The notes beneath the pieces are model-generated. The model saw only the letters and a list, made by a program, of their open reading frames with translations. It ran no database searches and had not been told where the DNA came from. The position numbers and the translations under genes were made by a program. A DNA stretch of 47,427 bases from a virus (Duplodnaviria > Caudoviricetes): positions 1-47,427 of the IMG/VR virus record IMGVR_UViG_3300036987_000129; one strand, 5' to 3'. The first letter of the stretch is position 1. Each line of letters starts with the position of its first letter. Below are positions 35,301 to 44,578 of this stretch, in pieces.

Positions 35301-35772
35301 CTATATCAATACGAAGAATCCACTCTCCAACCTAGTACAGAGTCCCCTAGTTAGCACCCTTGGAGCTCTTTCTTTGAATAAGAAGCCGTCAGGCGCTCCT
35401 ATTTATTATGACTGGGAAGCTCCAGATACTAAGGCTATGAAAACTATAAGCTACCTCTGGCAAGTATGGAGTCCAAGCGGTGCACCGGGGAATTATGACT
35501 GGAAGGTACTAGAAGATGCTATCTATGACCGGCCCGACTCCCTCACTCCTATGGAAGCAACTCTAGCCCAGTTTGGCTTCCGGGTCAGTCCCGTAAACGA
35601 AGCAGCGACCTATAAAAGATACCAGGCCTTGCAGAAGATACACGAGGCAGAGGCTAATCAGCAGATGCGCTCTGAGTTCAGACGCTCTGCCTCGCAAGAA
35701 GAGAGGGAGAAGATTATCCGTAAGTGGAGTGAAGCCATGAAGGGAATAAAAACCCCTGAGTTAGAGGATTAA
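32347..35772 (+). CDS. Large ejection protein with N-terminal lysozyme-like domain
   Basis: NNNPLNL...FAKFATMEDG...KFAPPHEN muramidase-like motifs; hydrophobic segments; PFITF...GAPIY C-terminal region. Confidence 0.75.
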   Translation: MPISLPDELWPSSFRLEDTPGGPLTVETTPLGLVFEGTTGRSKTNNNPLNLEYRPGSYQDKYGATLEPVSKSGKQRFAKFATMEDGYLAGLDQIRLDQSRNLTLASFVKKFAPPHENPTEQIIQQYAKALGVSPDTPLSQIQAEELIVPMLMRESSTRIKGQAKPKEKTQAMGATEATIVQSAEAPIPGGNILAGVGDLLGPSEAIAAPPPKEAPKGMALPDNLWEEQAKPPQGVASAKPIEQLPTQLWAPEPQPQPMSVEELNKKSELWNEDTIKIIPTTPEFTNAGRLGHKENTWGDLGVDLGLLLGIGLLTNLIAPGAGIVATGAITGALYGTAKETAKAAGVKLGTHRESYGEMITGKDLGPVERIAEDAAFFGLLDKAARPLIHGLKAGKILPRAGAGAGMGGGLASLSELEGYLKGEKGLEDLSSSAKTIVALAGIGAAGGSAGLPVARAAKQVGEKAWDVATIPGKSETFTRIQEALQPAIERLRKSPEAGRQMEADIIRKGRVMQSLTKEEGSAFVRDVKEAGLTFEERWDLTKALSGKPVVDEAGNPLVSTKVLNLYERYSDKVVADTYGKFQEAYTTQLSKLVRGPLSLVDSTKAEAITLQHIQALDTAITNPKSFKEAETALRGLIQDPAVPKATKAFAEDMFNIHHQLPVDIAKAANFATEEHIISDLIKLPGSVVSSPRPGYVKTDHPSLKGMFIDKDLHLELKSMDKLKHEAYGWYQKWFLTPWKTNKVVMRPAAHVRNLIGNLVLNDLGGMPWYRWDLYGRALSEMKNQGKEWKEFRKHVGLGQTFSVEELGNLESHLKYGSTTMDKLLNLFDRMSAPARNLYSMEENWFKLAKFLHNKEQGLRGVDAAMDAMKWTFNYGEVTPLIRKVRTSPFGIPFITFQSKALPLVAEVAIRHPLRLGKWLGLGVGLTGLGLNQLGMSSEEWENFSKYLPDRLQGGWQIPMPYRGEDGNLRLMNFGWLIPGFEEVNSYINTKNPLSNLVQSPLVSTLGALSLNKKPSGAPIYYDWEAPDTKAMKTISYLWQVWSPSGAPGNYDWKVLEDAIYDRPDSLTPMEATLAQFGFRVSPVNEAATYKRYQALQKIHEAEANQQMRSEFRRSASQEEREKIIRKWSEAMKGIKTPELED

Positions 35773-36056
35773 TAAGATCTGATAGAGACCTCATTAGGAG
35801 CTGTCTCTACCACATTATAACTTCTTAACTTCTTAACTACAGCTACAGCGGCGCAGATTCTCCACATTCCATGGTAGAGGTGCTTCTCCTCCTCCCGGCC
35901 TAACATGAAGTCCATCAAGTGTCCTATTCCCTTGAGTATATGACTAAAGGGATGTTCTTGTCTCCAAGACCCAGGTCGGTGGCCCTGCTTAACTCCTATC
36001 TCCGACACCTCTTTAAAGGCATCTAAGCACTCCTTAGGCATCTCCTGTATGCTCAT
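35769..36056 (-). CDS. dATP/dGTP diphosphohydrolase-like protein (DUF5664)
   Basis: EV...G......W.....SH......HL..F..G...EKHL.H..W pattern; divergent. Confidence 0.55.
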   Translation of the reverse strand: MSIQEMPKECLDAFKEVSEIGVKQGHRPGSWRQEHPFSHILKGIGHLMDFMLGREEEKHLYHGMWRICAAVAVVKKLRSYNVVETAPNEVSIRSY

Positions 36057-36244
36057 TTTATTTTAAACCTCCTTAGTAAGCGGCGAATAGAGCTCTCACT
36101 AGCCTCTCCCATCGCCCCTTGAGCTATCTCCCTCATAGAGTACTCAGACTGCCTTAACTGAGCTAGAACTCTTGATAGGGGTTGGTTAAAATCCAACTTG
36201 AAAAAGAGACATAGGTTATTCTTTAACTCATAGTAGTCAATCAT
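36053..36244 (-). CDS. HTH DNA-binding protein
   Basis: YSMREIAQ....ASESSIRRLLRRFKI. Confidence 0.65.
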   Translation of the reverse strand: MIDYYELKNNLCLFFKLDFNQPLSRVLAQLRQSEYSMREIAQGAMGEASESSIRRLLRRFKIK

Positions 36245-37461
36245 TCTCCTTTCCTCCTTATACTGTAGACATACCCCTCCTTTGGACTCCCCTTGAATTT
36301 AAGCTGTTTAGTCCTCCTTAATATACTTAAAGCTTCATAGAATTGATGCTCTCCTAGGGAGAGGTATCTATAGACCTTCTTTAAGAGGTCCGACTCACTC
36401 ATCTCTCCATGTAGCAACAGCTGGTCCTTAATCTCCTGGGTTAGGGCCATCCTAGGGTGAGTAGATAACCTCTCAATCCGTGTATTAGTCTCAATCTCTA
36501 GGGTCTTAATTAAAGCTCTTGAAGTGATAAAGTGACTCCTTTCGATAGTCGTACTCCCCTCGCTCAAAGCTAAGAGCATACTCATCCTCAGCAGTTGTTC
36601 AGACTCTCTTTCTTTATAAGCATCTAGTTGAGGCTCTCCCGTGGGGATATAGCCCTCATAGATCTCCTGGTAGATATCCCTAGCAGAATCGGTCCAAGTT
36701 ATATCCCCCTCATAATGCCCTATCTCTGTTAGGCCATCAGTTAGGGTATTCCAATCACTCTCGGCGGGCTCTACTGGGAATGCCTTCCTCTGATAGTAAG
36801 CAGCAGGCATCTCCACTATGATAAAGCGGCTCATAAATCCTCCTGTAAAGGAGTCCTGGGGGAGCATCTGCTGTAGCCACTGGGGAGTTGACCCTCCTAG
36901 GATAGAGATGCAGTTATTTCTTAACTCATCTTTTCCCCTCCCTATAGTCTCTGAGCTCCACTTAGGCCTATAATCATACAAGTCAGTTATTAGAGAGACA
37001 AGGGACACATTATACTGCTGCTTTCCGAAGAAGACGCTTAACTCAGGGGCTTTAATTAGCCCTGTGGCATCCCTTGGGCCTATCCTTATCATGTCCTTGG
37101 GCGTCTTTGGAGCACTCAGAGCATTAACCACAGCCTCTGGAGTAATCTTATCTGCTAGTATCCGTACATCTGGGCAGGCCCTTTGAAGCACGTTACAGGC
37201 CATGTTAATAGTTGACGTTTTATACCCCCGGCCTGGAGGGGCAAGGAGTATGACCCAGGGGTTGGGGAAGAACTTTGGGAAGAGAGTGCCGGTCGTACCC
37301 CTCTGTATACTTAACTTGTTATTAACTGCCGCTCCCATACAGCACAGTGCTGCAAAGAAGCGAAATCGGGGGCAAGCAGACAGGCCATCTGTCAACTCTA
37401 TGTATCTCCCTAACCAACCCCTAGTTGGTATGATCTCACGGGTTGGGTCATAATTAGACAC
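36241..37461 (-). CDS. DUF3987-family P-loop ATPase (putative replicative helicase)
   Basis: LAPPGRGYKTST, ETIGRG, ISILGGSTP.WL, GGFMSRFIIV. Confidence 0.75.
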   Translation of the reverse strand: MSNYDPTREIIPTRGWLGRYIELTDGLSACPRFRFFAALCCMGAAVNNKLSIQRGTTGTLFPKFFPNPWVILLAPPGRGYKTSTINMACNVLQRACPDVRILADKITPEAVVNALSAPKTPKDMIRIGPRDATGLIKAPELSVFFGKQQYNVSLVSLITDLYDYRPKWSSETIGRGKDELRNNCISILGGSTPQWLQQMLPQDSFTGGFMSRFIIVEMPAAYYQRKAFPVEPAESDWNTLTDGLTEIGHYEGDITWTDSARDIYQEIYEGYIPTGEPQLDAYKERESEQLLRMSMLLALSEGSTTIERSHFITSRALIKTLEIETNTRIERLSTHPRMALTQEIKDQLLLHGEMSESDLLKKVYRYLSLGEHQFYEALSILRRTKQLKFKGSPKEGYVYSIRRKGE

Positions 37462-37464
37462 AAG

Positions 37465-38106
37465 TTACTCCATAAGGGGATCTTTCATTCCCAGCTCTTT
37501 AAATCCTTCAGCACGGAACCTACAGGAGCTGCATACTCCACAGGGCTTATCCCTCCCCTCATAGCATGACCAAGTCAGCTCAAACGGCACTTTAAGGTCA
37601 AAGCCCCTCTGTATTATCTGCTTCTTAGTCATGTTAACTACAGGCATGACTATGCTAAACTCTGGGCAGTTTAGGCCGTGCCTCAGAGTAGTCATCATAC
37701 TTATAAGAAAGGCAGGCCGGCAGTCTGGATACCCCGGGTAGTCAGTGTAGTTCCATCCACCTGCTATGGCCTCTGCCTGTATATCATAGGCATAACTCCC
37801 TGCTAGTGCCGTAAAGACAATATTCCTCCCTGGGACAAAGCTGCCAGGTAGGCCATTCTTATCCCTATTAAGATCTCCCGCTGGGCCTATTAAGGCACTC
37901 TTGGAGGGAATTGAAACACTCGTGGTGACAAAAGGCACGCCATAGTGCTTACAGATCCTAGCAGCTTGGTTAACTTCCTTTAGATGCCTCTGGCCATAGA
38001 TAAAGCCTAGGCCATAGCAGTCCCAATTTTCTGCAAGGAGGGATGCTAGAGCTACAGTAGAGTCAAGACCTCCAGATACCTGAACTACTACCTTCTTCTT
38101 CTTCAT
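37465..38106 (-). CDS. queC: 7-cyano-7-deazaguanine synthase
   Basis: SGGLDS, YGQRH, VPGRN, YPDCR, TWSCY...CGVCSSC. Confidence 0.96.
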   Translation of the reverse strand: MKKKKVVVQVSGGLDSTVALASLLAENWDCYGLGFIYGQRHLKEVNQAARICKHYGVPFVTTSVSIPSKSALIGPAGDLNRDKNGLPGSFVPGRNIVFTALAGSYAYDIQAEAIAGGWNYTDYPGYPDCRPAFLISMMTTLRHGLNCPEFSIVMPVVNMTKKQIIQRGFDLKVPFELTWSCYEGRDKPCGVCSSCRFRAEGFKELGMKDPLME

Positions 38107-40355
38107 ATAGCCTCCAGATCAGCCCAGTTGTCTCCCCACTTGGACTTAGTAGGAAATAAGTAGCCATGGAATAACTCATAGGGTTCCTCGCACACCTTTT
38201 TTATCTCTCTTACTACCTCCTTATAGTCAGATCTCCTAGCATGAATCAGGAAGGAGTCGTACACAGTTATTCTTAGGTCAAAGCCAGCCCGGTATAGTCT
38301 AAGCAAAGTAGTCAAGCCGACGTCCGCTGCAGTAGACTGGATAGGCGTGTTATAGCCTTGCGTGATAGTAGTAACAACCCTTCTGCGGCCAAAAGGAGTC
38401 TCGAGGACACCATTATCCAGAACCTGTCTTTCACACCTCTTTTTATAGGCAAGGAATCCAGGGTATCTATTGATGCAGACAGATTGGATGTGCTCTGCCT
38501 CAGCAACTGTAATACCAAACTCAATAGCAATACTTCTTGCTGAGCGTCCATAAAGCGTTCCAAAGACAACAGCTTTCGTGATGAGTCTTTGCCTTGGCTT
38601 CTCTTCTTCTCCATAGATCTTAATCCTCGTCCTCTCATGAGGATCTATACCGTCGGCCATCTCTCTCAGAATTAATGGTTCAGGGGCTATGAGTCCTCCC
38701 ACCCGAAGTTCCAACTGGGAGAAATCCGTTTCAATAAAGACATGGTCAGGGTCGTCGGGAGTATAAATAACCCGAAAAGGCTCAGGTACGTTTGCAAGGT
38801 TGGGATCACTTGAAGAAGGTCGCCCAGTTCCAGTACCTTCAATCTTATAGGTAGTGTGGATCCTTCCATCCTCAAGGCGTTCATAGATCCCTTTAAGGTA
38901 GGTCGATAGGCCCTTTTGTTTCTTCCTAAAGTTAATTATCTTTTGGAAGATGTCGGCATATTCATTCCTCTTTATGTGATAAGTTAGTGTATCCTCCTGG
39001 GCATCGGGCAGGTTATACTTCTCCTTTATCTGCTTCGGGGAGGCTGGGTTAATACCTATCTCTTCTTCGATAGAAGCTCTTAACTCCTCAAGCTTAGGGA
39101 ATTCCCGGCCGTACATAGAGGCAAGGGTATCCACGTTTACTTTCATACCCCGACCTTCCATCTCGCAGAAAACTTCTATTAAGGGAAGTAATAGGTCCTG
39201 TTGAAGCTTATGCTCCTTCTCACTTAGTAGGGGTTTCTGGCCCTGCATTACAGCGTAGGTACTGAGGACGTCCATACAGCCCATCCTCATCATCTTCTCC
39301 TTAGGCCATGACTGTATACTAGCCATCTCCTTACTACTTGGCTTATAAGGAGGGATGTTCGTATAATAGGCCCTCATGGCCTGTAGGTTCTTAGGCATGT
39401 CTGGGTGGATCAAGGTCTCGGCAAGCCTCGTATCCCAATAGATATTCTCTGTCTTAATACCCAGGGGTCGGAGCATACCGTAATCGAAGGACCCATTTTG
39501 CACACCCTTTTTAACACTCTTATCCTCTTGGACCTGCTTTATTACTTCCCAGCGTGGATCCTCCTCAGTTAGGCATACACTAAGGGCCTCATAGGGGTTG
39601 AAGCAGTAGGCCTGACCAATGACTTTGTCTTGCCTAGGGTTCAATCCCGTAGTCTCAAGGTCAAAGATTAAAACATCTTCTTTTTTAACTCGAGAAAGGA
39701 ACTCCTTTAACTCTCCCTCAGATGGGTTTAAGTACATCTTTGGTGCTATCTCGTCCATATACTCCACCCTAGGTCCGTCTATGAAGAAGGACTGGATTAA
39801 CTTAAGATCCTCTACGGCCGTAGCAATCCAGTGCCTTTGCCTCATAATAAAGCTAGGATGGTACAAAGCCAGCACTTTACAGGGATAGTCATAGTCAGGT
39901 AGGAGGTCGAAGAACTGTCCCCGGTGGCTTTCTATGCCTGACTTGCCAGTTAAGTGAGACAGTGCCGGACCCCCGAAAGCGACCATGAGTTCTGGCTTTG
40001 CCTGATGGATCTCGTCCTTAAGACGCCCATAACAGCAAGCCATTTCTTTCCCCGTGGGGGCACGGTCGTCGGGGGGCCAGCACGCCACTATATTAGTCAT
40101 AGGCAGGCGGTCTCTTTCAAGACCAGCCTCCATGTCCAATCGCCAGAGCATCTTACCAGCAGGGCCACAGAAGGGCCTCTTTAGAGTATTCTCAACCTCA
40201 CCTGGTGCCTGGCCGACACGGAGGACGTTCCACTGTCTACCTAGGATGGAGAACTTAGGATGATCAGTGAGCCAAGCGGGGATCTTATTTATTCCCCTCT
40301 CTGGGTGGTTAAGAGAGCAGCTCTCACATAGACATAGGTTAAAGTTTGAACCCAC
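38103..40355 (-). CDS. polA: Family A DNA polymerase with N-terminal uracil-DNA-glycosylase family 4-like domain and 3'-5' exonuclease
   Basis: CESCSL, GQAPG, GPAG, YHPSF (UDG); DLETTG (exo); TGRPSS, DFSQLELR, KAVVFGTLYG, VYDS. Confidence 0.92.
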   Translation of the reverse strand: MGSNFNLCLCESCSLNHPERGINKIPAWLTDHPKFSILGRQWNVLRVGQAPGEVENTLKRPFCGPAGKMLWRLDMEAGLERDRLPMTNIVACWPPDDRAPTGKEMACCYGRLKDEIHQAKPELMVAFGGPALSHLTGKSGIESHRGQFFDLLPDYDYPCKVLALYHPSFIMRQRHWIATAVEDLKLIQSFFIDGPRVEYMDEIAPKMYLNPSEGELKEFLSRVKKEDVLIFDLETTGLNPRQDKVIGQAYCFNPYEALSVCLTEEDPRWEVIKQVQEDKSVKKGVQNGSFDYGMLRPLGIKTENIYWDTRLAETLIHPDMPKNLQAMRAYYTNIPPYKPSSKEMASIQSWPKEKMMRMGCMDVLSTYAVMQGQKPLLSEKEHKLQQDLLLPLIEVFCEMEGRGMKVNVDTLASMYGREFPKLEELRASIEEEIGINPASPKQIKEKYNLPDAQEDTLTYHIKRNEYADIFQKIINFRKKQKGLSTYLKGIYERLEDGRIHTTYKIEGTGTGRPSSSDPNLANVPEPFRVIYTPDDPDHVFIETDFSQLELRVGGLIAPEPLILREMADGIDPHERTRIKIYGEEEKPRQRLITKAVVFGTLYGRSARSIAIEFGITVAEAEHIQSVCINRYPGFLAYKKRCERQVLDNGVLETPFGRRRVVTTITQGYNTPIQSTAADVGLTTLLRLYRAGFDLRITVYDSFLIHARRSDYKEVVREIKKVCEEPYELFHGYLFPTKSKWGDNWADLEAI

Positions 40356-41022
40356 TTTTTATCTCCTCAGTGACAGTGAAGGCTATAAGGAGTTGTTCCT
40401 CAGTCAAAGGGTTAAACAATAGAGATTCTGGAAAGGTATTACTATGGTAGTGTATACAGCCCTCTTTAAGCCACTCCCTATAGGTCTTATCCAGTAGGGC
40501 TAACTTAGTGGGCATAGTGGTATCACACGTCCTGGGCTGGTATTTCTCAATCTCTTGGGGGTTTAAGTAGCCAAGGAAGTGAGCATTATACAGGGCCTCA
40601 TCTGGCATATAAGGCCTGAACTCGTAGGGTATGGCGTAAGGAATCTTCCCCGTCTTTGCTAGGTCGTACTCTGAGTCAGACCTAACTACTAAGAGGACTT
40701 TCTCCTTAGGTATGTAGTGGCAGGTCTCTGCATAGGCCTCCATTAGCTCTTCCGTGCTCCAGTAGTCAGCATCTGGAGCAATAACCAGATCTGGATGGAT
40801 CTCATGATAAAGCTCACCCAGTAGCTTGGGGTCGTCTGGCCGATCCAGCTCATTAAAGGAGTTATCAAGAATCATAAATAGGCCTTCGCTCTTACAGAAC
40901 TTTAAATAGTCCATGTACTCTAGGTGGGAGCACAAGAAGCTTAAGGCGAACATATAGTCCTGGTAAGGATGGAAGTCCATTAAGTGTGGCAAGGGAACTT
41001 CAAAGCAGAATTTAGTAGTCAT
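40339..41022 (-). CDS. Divergent TGT/DpdA-like TIM-barrel protein (candidate DpdA3-type)
   Basis: ILDNS.NEL, IAPD, HFLG, TCDTT parallel the TGT-fold DS, D, H.LG and D.T motifs; sits between queF and the polymerase. Confidence 0.6.
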   Translation of the reverse strand: MTTKFCFEVPLPHLMDFHPYQDYMFALSFLCSHLEYMDYLKFCKSEGLFMILDNSFNELDRPDDPKLLGELYHEIHPDLVIAPDADYWSTEELMEAYAETCHYIPKEKVLLVVRSDSEYDLAKTGKIPYAIPYEFRPYMPDEALYNAHFLGYLNPQEIEKYQPRTCDTTMPTKLALLDKTYREWLKEGCIHYHSNTFPESLLFNPLTEEQLLIAFTVTEEIKSGFKL

Positions 41023-41401
41023 CTCTATAGGCCTTTGCTTGGATTATTACTCCCCCACGGGAGTTAAAAATTACATCTACAGAGATCCAGTAGGGCCTTA
41101 ACACTATCAGGAGGTCCTCAGCTATACGGCTAGCTAGGGCCTCACAGAAGGCCCCTTCTCCTCTGTAGGCCATAAGATAGAGCTTTAAGGATTTGCTCTC
41201 CAGGCAGTAGGTTTTGGGAGAGTAATGTATCTCTACCTTGCCGTAGTCAGGTTGGCCTGTAACAGGGCAGAGAGAGGTAAATTCGAGCTGCTCGAGTTTT
41301 ACTTCCTTAACTCCCCAAGGGGTGGCGAAAGTTTCTAGCATTGCCTTATTGGGGGTGGAGAACCTATACTCTGTAGTCTTAGTAAGTGTTGTTAACTCCA
41401 T
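41012..41401 (-). CDS. queF: PreQ0 nitrile reductase, type I
   Basis: EFTSLCPVTGQPD, ESKSLKLYL, RGG. Confidence 0.92.
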   Translation of the reverse strand: MELTTLTKTTEYRFSTPNKAMLETFATPWGVKEVKLEQLEFTSLCPVTGQPDYGKVEIHYSPKTYCLESKSLKLYLMAYRGEGAFCEALASRIAEDLLIVLRPYWISVDVIFNSRGGVIIQAKAYRDDY

Positions 41402-41402
41402 G

Positions 41403-41993
41403 TTATCTTACCTCCAGTATCTTGTGAAGTTGTAGGCAGATAGCCCACTTTGGATTCTTTAAAACGTAGTCTATAGCTATCTTAGTATTCTCCTCCAAGT
41501 TGGGGCCGTAGACAGGCATTACATAGAGGGGAGCATCTGGCCTAGAAAAGACCTTGACGAAGGAGCATATGACCGACCAGTTAGGCATTCCGCAGAGTAC
41601 TTTGACTTCATCTGCGTGAGTAACTATGTCCTTCTCAAAGGTAACTTTCTTAGGACTTACGGTTATCCAGGCAAAGCGGTAGTGCCCCCGGATTAAGATA
41701 CTTCCGTTTGTCTCTAAGTGGACCCAGTAGCCTTCCCTCTGTAGAGCACTTAGGAGAGAAGTTAGGTCATGGATTAAAGGTTCTCCCCCAGTTAAGACAA
41801 CCCTATTAGTTGGGTATTGCTTAACTTTCTGAAGGATATCCCTTTCGTCCATCTCATAACTCTCTTTATGGGTGGTATCACAGAAGGCACAATCAAGGTT
41901 GCACCCTGAGAGGCGTATAAAGATGGCTGGGAACCCTGACCAGCGGCCTTCTCCCTGGATAGAGTAGAAGATCTCATTAATAGAGTATTTCAT
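41403..41993 (-). CDS. queE: 7-carboxy-7-deazaguanine synthase
   Basis: EIFYSIQGEG, GCNLDCAFCDT, TGGEP, ETNG, VSPK, QLHK. Confidence 0.95.
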   Translation of the reverse strand: MKYSINEIFYSIQGEGRWSGFPAIFIRLSGCNLDCAFCDTTHKESYEMDERDILQKVKQYPTNRVVLTGGEPLIHDLTSLLSALQREGYWVHLETNGSILIRGHYRFAWITVSPKKVTFEKDIVTHADEVKVLCGMPNWSVICSFVKVFSRPDAPLYVMPVYGPNLEENTKIAIDYVLKNPKWAICLQLHKILEVR

Positions 41994-42468
41994 AAATCGT
42001 CCTCTTCATGGTAAAGGAGGTCTTTAACTTAGTATTTTCTTCGACCCGGACCCCTCGCATAACCATACAGAGGTGCATACCTTCTACTACGGCAGCTACC
42101 TCCTTAGGAGCAAGCACAGTCATAATGTACTGGCAGATCAAGTGGGGCAGGTCTTCCTGTAGGGGAAGGGTTCGGAGAAGCCATTTGACTACTCGGGGCA
42201 GTTTAGATATCCCCAGTACCTTCCCGTCAGGCCTATAAGATATATGCACGGTGTATCTCACAGGCAGGAGGTGGTGAGGACACATGCCCCAAGTTGTGAA
42301 GGGGCTTAGAGTCACCATGTCCGTCGCATCACTAGGGAAGGTCCTCATTGTAGGTTCTTCTGGATAGAGGAATTCATTCCAGAAGCGAGCTACCCGCATG
42401 GGAGTGTCATCAAAGTCGGGGCCTTTGAGGGAGTTGTCCTCAAGAAAGGCACTTATATTCTTTATCAT
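41977..42468 (-). CDS. folE: GTP cyclohydrolase I
   Basis: DTPMRVAR, CPHHLLP, GISKLPR, LQE, HLCMVMRGV. Confidence 0.92.
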   Translation of the reverse strand: MIKNISAFLEDNSLKGPDFDDTPMRVARFWNEFLYPEEPTMRTFPSDATDMVTLSPFTTWGMCPHHLLPVRYTVHISYRPDGKVLGISKLPRVVKWLLRTLPLQEDLPHLICQYIMTVLAPKEVAAVVEGMHLCMVMRGVRVEENTKLKTSFTMKRTIYEILY

Positions 42469-42489
42469 GGGCTCTCCTAATGTGGATAT

Positions 42490-42516
42490 AGGGTAGCGAG
42501 TTAGACCCGCTACCCT
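42490..42516 (-). terminator. Intergenic hairpin downstream of the SSB gene
   Basis: AGGGTAGCG/CGCTACCCT stem; weak U-tract. Confidence 0.5.
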
Positions 42517-42534
42517 GTTTTGGTTAAGAGTGGC

Positions 42535-42948
42535 CTAAGAGTAGGTAATCTTGTTAACTTTGGTCATCTCAGCCTTAGTATCCGGATGGAGGTCCGTCAA
42601 GAGCTCGAGGTTAGCCTCTTCATGCAGGAGTTCCTCCTCAAGGATCTTGACAAGGCCATCGATGTCATAGTCACCTTGGGGCAGGTTCTCTCCAGTTTGC
42701 GCCTTATAAACCTCATTGAGGCGCCATAAAGCCTGGGGCTGGAGACTATAGGTATCCAGTACGGTCTCACCAACGGTGCTTCCATCCTTAGGATCATCAT
42801 ACATCTCACTGTTGATGGTCCACTTGAAGGTGAGCTTGGGCTGCCTAGATTTGCTGGTCCCAGGGAAGATGCCACTGAGGATGGCGGTGCAGGGACCCTC
42901 AGGCAGGACTTTAATATCGCCAAAATCATCCGGGATAGTAATTTTCAT
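42535..42948 (-). CDS. DUF669-like single-stranded DNA-binding protein
   Basis: LPEG...TSKSRQPKL...QALWRL; AAGGAG RBS; follows Sak4 and nuclease genes. Confidence 0.65.
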   Translation of the reverse strand: MKITIPDDFGDIKVLPEGPCTAILSGIFPGTSKSRQPKLTFKWTINSEMYDDPKDGSTVGETVLDTYSLQPQALWRLNEVYKAQTGENLPQGDYDIDGLVKILEEELLHEEANLELLTDLHPDTKAEMTKVNKITYS

Positions 42949-43007
42949 GCTTTCTCCTTGTGTAGGCCAAGGGCCCACGGGCTTAGTTACGGCAGGCTAG
43001 GCCTGCG

Positions 43008-43799
43008 CTAGACTTTCTTTGCCTCGTAGAAAGTTTTAATTAGGTGGTCTCGCTGGCTCTCAGGAGCATCGCACAGGGTGCGGAACTCACACTCCCGGTT
43101 GTAAGGGAAGCATTTAGATGAGGGGTAGAGGTCGCCCCGTTTGATAGAGCGAGCGACTCCCTGCACAGTTTCCATTGCCCGGTCGACTACTCTTTGGGAG
43201 TAAGGCACAGGGCTGCGGTAATACTGTGGTACCTTTGTCTTAACCAGTAGGTCGAAGATAGTTCCGTGTATCTTTTCCTTAAGCACCTCCTTAAGCACGA
43301 AGTGGGAAGTGCCTGTCTGTAGGTCTCCCTTAAGGCCAGAGAGGAAGGCACTATCCATCTTGCTAGTGGTTTTATATTCTAAGCGCCATAGGCGCCCATC
43401 TTGTGTTCTGGCAATGGCGTCCACCCTAGAGTAAAACGTACAGTCCTCTAGTTCAACCTCAAGGTGGGTCTCAGTTCCTATTACCCGGGTTGGGTCCTCC
43501 CGATAGGCCTCCACGTGCCCAGCGACCAGGCGGGCGGCTTCGACAGCCACTGCTTGCTGGGCGTCGTCATCCAGGTCGGGGTATTCTTTCTTAACAAGGA
43601 GGTCGCAGTCCTGGAAATCCTCTACGGTTAGGCCTTGGGTTTCTTTCTTCTGAAGCAGCTGATGGACCATGTCTCCGACCATTAGGGGATGGGATTTGCC
43701 CTTAGAGACTATCCGTAGGTTGTAGACGAAGTTCCACTGGGCCCGACAATGGAGAAAGGTCTCACATTGGCTCTTAGATAGGCGGATCTTATTAGCCAT
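43008..43799 (-). CDS. PD-(D/E)XK Cas4/RecB-like exonuclease
   Basis: LSKSQ..TF..C, G..VH, RVDAI...EYKT, C-terminal Cys cluster. Confidence 0.85.
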   Translation of the reverse strand: MANKIRLSKSQCETFLHCRAQWNFVYNLRIVSKGKSHPLMVGDMVHQLLQKKETQGLTVEDFQDCDLLVKKEYPDLDDDAQQAVAVEAARLVAGHVEAYREDPTRVIGTETHLEVELEDCTFYSRVDAIARTQDGRLWRLEYKTTSKMDSAFLSGLKGDLQTGTSHFVLKEVLKEKIHGTIFDLLVKTKVPQYYRSPVPYSQRVVDRAMETVQGVARSIKRGDLYPSSKCFPYNRECEFRTLCDAPESQRDHLIKTFYEAKKV

Positions 43800-43801
43800 G
43801 G

Positions 43802-44578
43802 TTACTTTTCCCCTTTGAAGATTACGGAGAAGTCACTTTCGACCTCTGTGGATAGGTCTCGAGAGGTGCGGGCCATGAAGAGGTTTATAGGTTTAGTTAG
43901 GCACTCGAAGAGGACGTCTTTACCTTTCTGACGGGTCCGGAGGTTATAGACTTCTTCGAAGTACTTGCCAACTTTGTCCCGCATAGAGCCCTCGATGGCT
44001 GGGAGGATACCTGTGACTCGGAAAGAGTCACCTGTGCCCTCAGTGTCCGTTCTCTCATGGCAGATGACTATGATGTGTCGGAACCAGCCATGGAGATAAG
44101 ACAGGGTCATGAAGATCTCTTCCAGGTTGGCGAGTAGGGCGTTCCAATGGTCGAACTCTAGCTTAGCAGAGCTCTTAACATCCCCTGGTATGTTCATGTG
44201 CATGACTAGGCGCTTAAAGTGCTCTATGACCGTGGTGAGGGAGTCTACTACGAGCACGTCCGCTGGGGGTGGATCTCCCTTCTCTTTCAAGGCCTCGAGG
44301 TTGTCAATTAGGTCGGCGAACTCAAGGTAGCCCTTAGGCTGCTTAGCCAGGGCCAGCTTAGGGGTCAGGGCCTTCTTGTGAAGGGTTGAAGGGAGTAGTT
44401 TCGACTGGAGGGTAGCATAGGTCACCTGGTTGCTCTCTAGAAGGTGGCGGATGTTCTCCATGTGAGGGATTTTGCCGTCAGCGTCTATGAAGTGAACCTT
44501 ATAGCCCAGTTTTGCCATGGTGCAGGCCATAGTGGTCTTTCCTGTGCCGGGTTTGCCATAGAGGAGTATGAAGCTCAT
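43802..44578 (-). CDS. AAA_24 / Sak4-like ATPase (ssDNA annealing)
   Basis: LYGKPGTGKTT, IDAD, VVDSLT, ICHE. Confidence 0.85.
   Translation of the reverse strand: MSFILLYGKPGTGKTTMACTMAKLGYKVHFIDADGKIPHMENIRHLLESNQVTYATLQSKLLPSTLHKKALTPKLALAKQPKGYLEFADLIDNLEALKEKGDPPPADVLVVDSLTTVIEHFKRLVMHMNIPGDVKSSAKLEFDHWNALLANLEEIFMTLSYLHGWFRHIIVICHERTDTEGTGDSFRVTGILPAIEGSMRDKVGKYFEEVYNLRTRQKGKDVLFECLTKPINLFMARTSRDLSTEVESDFSVIFKGEK

Noticed and set aside
3333-35772. Stop-codon reassignment suggested by the TAG-rich sequence
   Set aside because: Genes are full length and tightly coupled under code 11, and several end in TAG just before the next gene
35769-40355. 2-aminoadenine (Z) genome
   Set aside because: DUF5664-like gene and PolA are present, but no PurZ/PurA-like gene; the 5383 ORF is PurD-like
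43008-43799. Cas4 as part of a CRISPR system
   Set aside because: No array or other cas genes; it sits in a Sak4-nuclease-SSB recombination module
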